From NCBI GenBank assembly GCA_002269645.1, contig NIVC01000272.1, positions 248,001 to 312,000 of the forward strand: a DNA stretch of 64,000 bases, in the 5' to 3' direction. The notes beneath the pieces were generated by a model. The model searched no databases. It was not told where the DNA came from and was given only the letters and a program-made list of their open reading frames with translations. Position 1 is the first letter of the stretch; every line of letters begins with the position of its first letter. Of this stretch, positions 54,289-64,000 are shown piece by piece. The position numbers and the translations under genes were made by a program. This DNA comes from Macrostomum lignano. Its lineage: Eukaryota.

Positions 54289-55134
54289 TGTTGCTGCATG
54301 TGGAGCACTTATCAGAAAAAGTAATAACAACTCATCTGCAAACTAAAAATTAGCCCGGCAGTAGCAAGTTAAATTTTTAGGCATAGTTGTAGATAAAAGT
54401 TATTATATCGTACCTTAAGCTACACAAACTGTTCTATCAGTAATTGGTACAATAATAATATAATGCATTCTTGTAATATTTAGAGAAGAATAAAAAAGTA
54501 TTTTTATGTTTGTTATATGGGATAGACAGTTCGTAATTTAAAACGCAACAAGGTAGGGAAAAAGTCAATGAATAATCAAGGAAAAATCAATACAAGTATT
54601 GATTTTTCGGCAAGAACTTGTTATCGTTTTACTGCTGACCGTACGAATAGCTATGTTATGCCGCTATTATTAGTAATCATATCTAACTAAACCAGAAAAG
54701 TTTCTATGTATGTACATGTACATAATCGATTTCAAAAGAATTTATCTAAGATTTTCAAACTGGTATAAACATAAACCTAAATTATAAATCATAACTAGGC
54801 CCTAGTTAGTAACCCAAAAAATAATTATAGGCTAGGCATATACTGTACAAACAGACCTAAGCCTGAGCCTGAGCCTGAGCCAATCCTACTGCTACTAGTA
54901 CTAGGCCTAAAAATAAAATCATTGACATTATCTATCCTAATGTTTTCTTTACACCAAATTTAACCTATGCCTATGGCAGGCCTATCTCAATCTGGCTATT
55001 TATTGTTATTGAAAATTTAGCTTATCTAGGACTAGCCAACTAGATCATTAAAACTTATTTAGTTATTTGCATTTTCACCTTTGCTTTGGTTTGCTTTTGA
55101 TGCTATTAGGCCCTATGTGGCTGTGTAGACTTAG

Positions 55135-58100
55135 CAGTGGTATGTCCAAGGGGGGGGGGGGGGGAGACAGGGGGCCAGGGGGGGCCTGGGCCCCCCTGTT
55201 AGGCCACAGCCCCCCTGTGGCCCTCCCCACTCTCAGTTCTGACTTCTGAATGTTGAATTTTTTAAAAAAAAATTAAAAAACCTTTTTTCTTTTTTATAAT
55301 TTTAATTTTAAAAACAATACTATTATACTAGAAGTTTTTAGACAAGCATAACTGTACATGGGTACATTATTCTTTACTATCTGATTTGATAGTATGGCAA
55401 ATTTTGTTTCATTTGTTTTTATAATATCTGTTGATGTTTTGGTTTTGTCTCTAACTTTAATTATAAAGTGCATTGCCTCTTGGACTTTATTGTTTTTATC
55501 TAACTGTTCAGTCTATATGGCTATATCCTTCCAACCCCCCAACCCCCTCCCCCACGTGAATGTATAGCCTAATACTTGCATCCGGACAAGGAAAGGAGGG
55601 ATAGGGCAGACAGAAAGGGAAAAGAAAAGTGTGCTGATAAATATACATTTAGACAAGGACAAAGAGTTAAACCATCGTATATTCAGACAGTGTGTAAAAG
55701 ACTACAGAGCATTGCCCCTCTGGCCCTCAAGATTTAAGTCATACTTTAGCTACTACTCTCTTAAAGTCTTAAGGTTCAAACAAAATTGAAATGTGTTTCA
55801 AGAATTGAATTAAAAAAGCCTGGCCAACAATGCAGAGGCCTGATATTCAAATTAAAAAAAACCTAGTTTAGACCCGCAAGAGGACAAAGGTCCAGGCGAA
55901 AAAACCAATAGCTATGCAAAAAGGAATAAGGATCAACCAAGCGCTATCTTTACAATTGTGGATCAAGAGTCTAAAGAGGATACTCAACTGACTGGCTCTG
56001 AAACAAATTTTCTTGGCACTCCTGTTCTAGTTGAGACAGCTACTGCTGCCACTGCCACAGTCAGCCTCAGACAGTAGAACGATTGAGCAACCTTCTTCAA
56101 ATGCCCCATGTGATATTTCCCAGAATAAGGACGATCCACCCTGTTAGCCATTTTTGCGGAACTACCCAAAATCAATTGGAACTTCAGGCGGTAAGTGGAC
56201 AGTTATTTACATAATACTGTTTGTGCTAATGGTTACTAGTGGCTAGTGCTAGTGGCTAAGGCTAGCTATACTGATATAGATGTATTTTTTAAAAGTTATT
56301 GGTAAAAATCATCCATAGGAATGGATAAGGCAAATCAAAAGTCCCATTCATTTCAATTCTTGTGGTTTGAGACTTACAAGTGGCTTAAGTATTTGCAAAT
56401 GAAGGATTCTACTTTTTGCTTTCCCTGCTGCCACTTTGCACCTCCATCTATGCAAGAAGAGCCATCTTTTACTACTCAGGGATTCCACAACTGGAAAAAT
56501 GCTCAGTGTCAGGATGCAGGCTTTAAAAATCATGCCTACTCTCATTGCCACAGTTTAGCAATGCAAGCATGGTGTGACTACAAAGTAATGAAAGACACCA
56601 AAGGAACTGTATTGAAACAGCTTGATGCTACATACAAAGCTAAGGTAGCTGAGAACAGGCACTTCATTAAGCGTGTAGGAGAAATATTACTTCTTACAGC
56701 AACTCAAAACATCGCCCAAAGGGGGCATTGCAAAAATGATGAGCAAGTAAATCCTGGAAACTTCAAAGCATTATTGAAGCTGATTGGCAGGAACGACGAA
56801 ATAATAAAGAAGAAGATATCTGAATAGAAAAAGAATGCAAAGTATACAAGTGACAATTCAAAATGAAGTTATTAACATTTTAGCAGACATGGTCTGTGAT
56901 GTTGTTGTAAACGACATCCAAGAAGCCAAATATTTTTCTATGATTGTAGATAAGGCCAAGGATATTTCTAAGGTTGAAATGATCTCCTTAATCATTCATT
57001 TCGACAAGCATTTAGAAGGAGTGCATGAAGTCTTTATGGAATTTAAACCTGCTTCAGGACTATTTGCCCAATCACTTGCTAACTCACTAGTAGAAAGCCT
57101 TTAGAAATATGGCCTAGACACCAGATTTATAGTTGGCCAAGGCTATGATGGAGCCTCAGTGATGAGCAGAGTTCATAATGGGCTCCAAAAGCTGATTCGA
57201 GACAAGTCGGAACTCGCAATTTATGTACACTGCTATGCACACTGCCTAAATCTATGTTTTGTTGATGCTTGCAAATCAGTGCCCAAGATTGAGGACTTCT
57301 TTTTTCTTGTGCAGAAGCTCTACTGTTTTATGTCAAACTCAGTTGTTCATCCTCAGTTTATTGACCACCAGAAGAAACTCTATCCTGGAAAGCCAGCCTT
57401 CAAGCTTCAGTGCCTCTCAGACACGAGATGGGCCTGCAGAGAGAAGGTGTGCAACAATATTCGTAATCGTATTGGTGCAATTCTCTCTGTTTTAAAAGAA
57501 ATTAAGGAGCAGGACTCTGGAGATTGTGTTGAAGCCACTGGAATTTTAGCTCAGTTGACCCAAAGCTTTGTACTAAGGCTAGTTCTCATGTGCGAAATTC
57601 TGACTCGCACAAAGGCACTATCAGATTTCCTTCAACAAAAAGATTTAGACCTTGCTTCTGCTGTTGATTTGGCATAGTCAACAATCACGGAATTCCAAAC
57701 TTTGCGCGACAGCAACAAATTCTTAGAGAAAGTATTTCTGGACTCCCAGCAGTTAGGTAATGAGTAGAATATACCTGAGCCAAAACCGAACAGACAAACA
57801 AAATGCCCAAATAAGTGATTCAATCAGTTTGTAACTTTTGAAAAGGATCATGTCGCTCAGCGCAACTCTGAATCTAGGGCAAACAAATTTCAAATTAATG
57901 AATATCTACCGGTGATCAACTGCCTATTGTTGGAAATGCGACAAAGATTTGACCATGAAACAGCTGTTCTCTATATGGGAATTGGTTCTCTAAAGCCAAA
58001 CTCAGACTTTTTTGGACACTTCACAGCTGGAGGATTTAGGAGGCCTATTCAAATATGACCAAGAGTTCCTGAAACTTGAGGTCATTCAAGTAAAGTGTCT

Positions 58101-58422
58101 GATTTAGAGAAAGGGCAATGGCAGCTTGACTGATTTAAAAGCATTTGCTGAGATGTTGCACCCATTCAGAGAGGTTTTCCCTAAGTTGTACAAGCTTCTC
58201 ATCATAAGCTTGACAATTCCAGTTACTACAGCATCAACAGAACACAGTTTTCTGAAAATGTGCCTGATCAAGACATACTTGAGAAGTCAAATGTCATTTT
58301 CTCAACTTTCGAATCTGGCTCTTTTGTCGATTGAAAACGAGCGAGCATCAATAATTGATCTTGATTGTTTTGTTGATGAATTTGCTTCTGCCCATTCTAA
58401 TAGGCGAATAAGTCTTACATGA
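55135..58422 (+). mobile_element. Decayed hAT DNA transposon (ZMYM1/Tip100-like: TTF zinc finger, DUF4371-like region, hAT dimerisation domain); right end not identified
   Basis: The left terminus CAGTGGTATGTCCAAGGGG... has a G/C-rich subterminal stretch typical of hATs. ORF fragments include WFETYKWL...FCFPCCHF, LLTATQNIAQRGH...NPGNFKALL, YFSMIVD, HCYAHCLNL, LSDTRW and FPKLYKLLIISLTIPVTTASTEHSF. Multiple stops and frameshifts. Confidence 0.85.
55880..58422 (+). pseudogene. hAT transposase pseudogene with a 128-nt intron (56191-56318)
   Basis: The fragmented ORFs 56321-56827, 56835-57104, 57159-57677 and 58126-58422 are collinear pieces of one transposase. The upstream frame PCDISQNKDDPPC*PFLRNYPK joins via a phase-1 GT-AG intron. 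Confidence 0.8.
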
Positions 58423-60075
58423 TTTTATGACTTATTTTGCTCACTAAGACAATTTACATTTGCTATGGCCACTTGACTAATGTATGTACATGTATAGTAT
58501 TACAGTATATGTATGTTGCTTTTTGTGTTTTTATTCTGTACATACTTCATTTATGTATGTTACATTACTTGTCATTTTTCACTTCATTGTCATTGCTACT
58601 AATTGCTACCTGTTTCATGTATCGTTCAAAGGTATATGAATTGGCTGATCTGTTTTAAATTATGTATATATATCTATTAAATAATATGTATATATGCATG
58701 CATTTATATAAGGTCTGTTGTTATGTTATGTATGGTGATCGTGATGAAGTGGGTGGTAAAGTGTTACTGTAAATTCATATTCAAGTTCATTCTACGATGA
58801 CATGTTTTCACTAAACCTATCATCAATCATCAAATGTACTTTATGCACTATGCACGCATACTCAGCAATATAATATAAGCTGAGCACGCATGCTTATAAT
58901 AAAAAGGTTCAATGTGCAGTAAATGCATGAAATCTTCCGATGGAGTAACCAATGTGATATGTTTTGATTTCTTAAGATATTAGTACAAATAAAATTTTTA
59001 ATGAAACAAGACTTTCTAAAAAATCAAAATAGCAGGTCAGCTTAATAAAGTAAACAATACCTTAGTTATTTTAAGTAAAGATATAGTGCAACGCTATTAG
59101 GGCTCCTTTTATATTTTTGTTTCTAATTCTAATTTATAATTTAGGTACCAAAAAGCAAACTGGGACACCAAAATGCTAGGCACTAAAAAGCTTAGATACT
59201 GTTCTATAAATAGGTAAATACAAGTTACTCTGGCAACAAGATATTGTCATAGGTACCAAATGATTTGCCTTTGCCATTTGCCAATAATTAAACAATTGAA
59301 CTTTTTGATTGTAGCACTGCTATTGGCATAAGAAGGACATTTTAAAATAAAGCCTATTAATAAAGATATTTTCTATTTTTTAAATCTTGCTTATCCAAGG
59401 ACTAGCTTAAATGATCATTTGTGAATTTTTCTTAAAAATTTTAAGTATAGAAAATAAAATTTAGTTAAAATTGTTATCTCATTAGTTTGTCATAAGAAAC
59501 TTTAAATGATTTTAAAGTTTATTATTTAAAATAAATGATATGAACATATATTTATCCAAATCATTGTTCTTTACATATTATATGAAAGAGGAACATATCA
59601 AAACATATTTGTATAACATAAGTGAAAATGCTTTTGCTTTTTGATAAAAATTAGTTGATTACATTGAATAGAATGTGCCTTTATTGAGTTTGCAATTACT
59701 ATTAGATGAGTATAAAACCATTATGTCCTTACCTCTAGTTTAATAATAATGCCTCAATAAGAAATCAGATATTGATTGTTTTTTAGCTCTTGTAATAGCT
59801 ATTATAATAGTCCTTATATTTTATGGCATAAGATATTATATCAGATAAGCACTGGCAGGGCCTAATTCAGCTATTTTATTAGTAGGCCTAGGCCTATGAT
59901 AGAAATCATTGAAAGTATATATTAGGATAAAAAAAGCAATGAATTGTTTTTTTTTATGCTACTAATGCCAGAGGGCCTGTTTCAATAGAAGAAAATTTAG
60001 CACTTAAAAATCATCTAGTCATTTTCACTAGTAAGGCAAATTTGCTTTTATTCAGAAAAAAACTTTTCTCTGCAG

Positions 60076-61337
60076 TCCCGACAATCCCGCCGCGCCCGCT
60101 ACGAGTTCGAAAATTCGGCTGACGACGCCGACCAGGGCGCGGCTTCGTCCTCCGCCACGGCTGCGTCTGGTGACGCGCAAAAACCCCCGGGCGCTGCAGG
60201 ACGAAATCCTCTTCTAGAAGGAGTCTGCAGAGCCTGCATCGACATCAACGATGTGCTCGCTGGTCGGCGCAAGCTGCAGAAAACTTCTACCGAGCAGGCA
60301 AAGAGCACTCCTGAGTGCCCGCTTGATCAGGTCAGGGTCATTTGATGTTTCCGCCAGCCCCGATTCTTTGATGTTGCCGCCAGTACCGATTCTTTGATGT
60401 TGCCGCCAGTACCGATTCTTTGATGTTGCCGCCAGCCCCGATTCTTGATGTTGCCGCCAGTACCGATTCTTAATGTTGCCGCCAGTACCGATTCTTTGAT
60501 GTTGCCGCCAGCTCCAATTCTTTGATGTTTTCGCCAGCCTCGATTCTTTGATGTTGCCGCCAGTACCGATTCTTGATGTTGCCGCCAGTACCGATTCTTG
60601 ATGTTGCCGCCAGTACCGATTCTTGATGTTGCCGCCAGTACCGATTCTTGATGTTGCCGCCAGTACCGATTCTTTGATGTTGCCGCCAGCCCCGATTCTT
60701 TGATGTTGCCGCCAGTACCGATTCTTGATGTTGCCGCCAGTACCGATTCTTGATGTTGCCGCCAGTACCGATTCTTGATGTTGCCGCCAGTACAGATTCT
60801 TTGATGTTGCCGCCAGCCCAATTCTTTGATGTGTTCCACTAGCCCTGATTCTCTAATGTTACCGCCAATCCCAAGTCCTTGATTCGGCCGCCAGTCCTGG
60901 TTTTTTGATATCTCCGCCATTCCGCATCCCATTCCCAGGTGTCCCTGGGCCGCAAGTCCTGGTCTGTGCTTCACACCCTGGCCGCTTATTACCCGGACAA
61001 GCCGACTGCCCGCCAATCAGCTGACATGGACACCTTTCTGCGGTCCTTCTCCCGCCTGTTCCCATGTCCGCACTGCAGCGAAGAGTTCCAAGCCAACATT
61101 GCCAAGTAAGCAGTCGTTTGTGTTTTTAAAGCGCCTAGGTGCTTTTTTATTAAGCACTCCTCACTGCTCAATTCCGGCAGATCCCCGCCGCCAGTTCGTG
61201 ACGGTCGCGCCCTGAACCGATGGCTGTGTGATCAGCACAATCTGGTCAATGAGCGCCTGGGCTAGCCGAAATTCGATTGCGGCAAAGTGCTCGACAGATG
61301 GAGATACGGATGGCCCGATGGGTCCTGCGACTATTGA
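60076..61337 (+). CDS. GFER: Erv1/ALR FAD-linked sulfhydryl oxidase (mitochondrial IMS); exons 60076-60330, 60939-61105, 61181-61337; no ATG in the first exon; in-frame TAG at 61263-61265
   Basis: The translation shows the CRAC shuttle motif, ECPLD..SLGRKSWSVLHTLAAYYPDKP, the redox motif CPHC and WLCDQHNLVNERLG*PKFDC...RWRYGWPDGSCD. Junctions are GT-AG and phases match. Confidence 0.88.
60343..60900. repeat. 25-27-bp minisatellite TTCTTTGATGTTGCCGCCAGTACCGA (ALR intron 1)
   Basis: Direct tandem copies. Confidence 0.95.
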
Positions 61338-61344
61338 TTGAGTG

Positions 61345-61530
61345 CTCAGAGATGCTGGGACTGCTCAGAGTAATGGTTGATTAGTCAAGATGCTGGGACT
61401 GCTCAGACTGTCATGGTTGATTACTCAAGATGCTGGGACTGCTCAGAATGAGGGACTGCTCAGGATGTTGTTGATGCTCAGAATGAGGGACTGCTCAGGA
61501 TGTTGTTGATGCTCAGAATGAGGGACTGAT
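61345..61530. repeat. Short compound repeat with a GGGACTGCTCAG core downstream of the ALR stop
   Basis: Several degenerate copies. Confidence 0.75.
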
Positions 61531-61904
61531 CAAAATGCCGACAGTTCTGTAGCCTTGCTGTACTTTCACTTGCTTTCGTGTTTGCAATGCAGAAGTGCAA
61601 CAAATGTTAAATCAATTTGGTGGCCGCTTCAACTTATAAATTAGCCAAATTTAGCTAAAAGCATTTTTGTCCGACTTAACATGTGTACTGCTTCATTATA
61701 GTTTTATTCTTTTGCACAAAATTCTACTTGTTGGCTTGTTTTACCTGCATTGTTCGTTGGCTGCTCCAAAGATAGCGAATTTTTAATTGATATAGCAAAT
61801 TTCACCAAAGTTGGTGTAGATTTTTTATGGTGTGCTTTTGTATTTTGCATTAATTTCCGTCAAAATTATGCTTTATATAGGTTTTGTAATGTTTGATCCC
61901 AGTC

Positions 61905-62300
61905 CCCTAATTACCCACCCAGTCCCCTAATTACCTATCCCAGTCCCCTAATTACCCACCCAGTTCCCTAATTACATATCCCAGTCCCCTAATTACCCAC
62001 CCAGTCCCCTAATTACCCACCCAGTCCCCTAATTACCCACCCAGTCCCCTAATTGCCCACCCAATACCCTAATTACCAACACACTCCTAAATACCCACCC
62101 AGTCCCCTAATTACCTATCCCAGTCCCTTAATTACCCACCCAGTCCCCTAATTACCCACCCAGTCCCCTAATTACCCACCCAGTCCTCTAATTACCCATC
62201 CCAGTCCCCTAATTACCCACCCAGTCCCCTAATTACCTATCCCAGTCCCCTAATTACCCATCCCAGTCCTTTAATTACCCACCTACTCCACTAATTACCC
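61905..62300. repeat. 20/21-bp minisatellite CCCAGTCCCCTAATTACCCA between ALR and IF1
   Basis: Direct tandem copies. Confidence 0.95.
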
Positions 62301-62780
62301 TTTCAACTTTACCAATGAAGATCGAGCTTTCTGTAAACGAAACAAAAATGTTCTGCGAACCGCCATCTTAAAAGCTTTGAGCAGTTTTGCTCGTTGCCTT
62401 AAAAGTGCTAAGGACTCATTAAGTAAACATAGAGCTCTTTCTAAGGCAAAATAAGAGTGGCATTGCCTGCATGGCCTTTCCTGCAGTACCAATGGAAATT
62501 GCGCGGAATCAGCTTAGGCTCATAGCAACTACTTATTCCAGAACATAATTTTAAGGAGAATTCTCTGCTCTTAAAGAAGCAGGGTTATGCACAAAATTCC
62601 AAAAATAGTTTCACCTGAAATTCGTAAAAAGTTGAAGAGATTAGCTGCCTCATTATCCCATACTCTAGTCACTGAGTTGATCTAGCAGAAAAAACTCAGA
62701 ACTGTACCCTGGAGAGTTCTCAAGCCAACTTCATGCTCCCCATATACTACTTGCAGCTAAGCCTCCCGGCTCGCAAAGTC

Positions 62781-63882
62781 ATGTCAATCTGCCGCATCGC
62801 CCGCCTGCTGCAGCTCCGGCCGCCGGTCCCCGCCGGCGCCATCTTCACCGCCTCCCGGCGCGCCCTCTCCGGCGACGAGTGGGGCCGCGGCGCCGGCAAA
62901 GGTGGCGGCGCCGGCGGCAGCATCCGCGAGGCCGGCGGCACGTTTGGAAAAATGGAGGCCGCCCGAGAGGAGGAGTACTTCCGCCGGCTGCAGAATGAGC
63001 AGCTGTCCAAGCTTAAGGAGCACTTGGAGGACGAGGTGACCGCCAGGAACAGCCTTGGGCTTCTGGGATCGCCCAGTCTCCCCGCGCGTGGAATCGTTGC
63101 TACTTAGTTGCGTTGCTGGGTCAGCCTCCCAGATCCTCAGCTGCCTGGCCTCCCAGATCCTCAGATGCTGGGCCAGCCTCCCAGATCCTCAGATTCTGGG
63201 CCGGCCTCCCAGATCTTCAGCTGCCTGGCCTCCCAGATCCTCAGTTGCCTGGCCTCCCAGATCCTCAGTTGCCTGGCCTCCCAAATCCTCAGTTGCCTGG
63301 CCTCCCAGATCCTCAGTTGCTGGGCCTCCCAGATCCTCAGTTGCTGGGCCGCCCTCCCAGATCCCCAGTTGCTGGGCCGCCTTCCCAGATCCTCAATTGC
63401 TGGGCCAGCCTCCCGGATCCTCAGTTGCCTTGCCTCCCAGATCCTCAGTTGCTGGGCCTCCCAGATCCTCAGTTGCTGGGCCTCCCAGATCCTCAGTTAC
63501 TGGGCCTCCCAGATCCCCAGTTGCTGGGCCGCCCTCCCAGATCCCCAGTTGCTGGGCCGCCTTCCCAGATCCTCAATTGCTGGGCCAGCCTCCCGGATCC
63601 TCAGTTGCCTTGCCTCCCAGATCCTCAGTTGCTGGGCCTCCCAGATCCCCAGTTGCTGGGCCGCCCTCCCAGATCATCAGTTGCCTGGCCTCCCAGATCC
63701 TCAGTTGCTGAGCCAGCATCCCATATCCTCAAACTCATGAGCAGCACTCACCACCCACCCCATGCCAGGTGGACCATCACGAGAATGAGATTGTCCGCCA
63801 CCTGGAGGCCATCCAGCGGCACAAGTCTCGCATGCAGGACCTGAGCCAGAAGGAGCAAGAGGGCAAGAAGAAGGATGATTGA
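62781..63882 (+). CDS. ATP5IF1: Mitochondrial ATP synthase inhibitory factor IF1, 122 aa; exons 62781-63035, 63769-63882
   Basis: An Arg-rich presequence is followed by [44 protein letters not shown] and the His-rich coiled coil [18 protein letters not shown]. The intron is phase-0 GT-AG. Confidence 0.93.
63112..63715. repeat. ~21-24-bp minisatellite CTCCCAGATCCTCAGTTGC(C/T)TGG (IF1 intron)
   Basis: Direct tandem copies. Confidence 0.95.
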
Positions 63883-64000
63883 AATTGAAAATCGCGTTCG
63901 TGTGTAGTTGTTGGATTTCTGCTTCGAAGAAAAATATGAGAACCTTAAAAAATTGTTGGTAGCGCAGTAGTTTCTCCCCCATTTGTTGATTCTTGTGCGT

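Noticed and set aside
58423-60050. Right TIR and 8-bp TSD of the hAT element
   Set aside because: No reverse complement of CAGTGGTATGTCC followed by AGACTTAG was found. The CACTG near 59850 lacks supporting context.
61263-61265. Selenocysteine recoding of the internal ALR stop
   Set aside because: The codon is TAG, not TGA, it aligns to Lys rather than Cys, and no SECIS-like element was recognised.

Overview
Eukaryotic genomic DNA with spliceosomal introns, GC-rich exons, AT-rich 5' and intergenic tracts, and very dense mini/microsatellites. The style suggests a flatworm such as Macrostomum, but this is inference only. I reconstructed six spliced genes by hand. (1) A class I phosphatidylinositol transfer protein (minus strand, runs off the window start). 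(2) A 500-aa uncharacterised protein with four tandem domains, an N-myristoylation motif and a GC-AG intron. (3) MAP4K3/5 (kinase plus CNH domain), with a candidate 15-nt microexon. (4) MAPK15/ERK7, with an apparent 1-nt frameshift. (5) Erv1/ALR (GFER), with no visible start codon and an in-frame TAG. (6) ATP synthase inhibitor IF1. Also present are an orphan 134-aa single-pass membrane ORF, a decayed intron-containing hAT transposase, a four-level nest of MITEs, two foldback-like inverted structures and about 30 tandem arrays. Two observations stand out. First, many introns carry a private minisatellite, and in three MAP4K introns the last repeat copy sits where the branch point should be. 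Second, the Erv1/ALR ORF begins at a phase-0 3' splice site with no ATG, as expected if a flatworm spliced leader ending in AUG supplies the start codon, possibly in an ALR-IF1 mitochondrial operon. Most long ORFs in the supplied track are repeat-derived artefacts.
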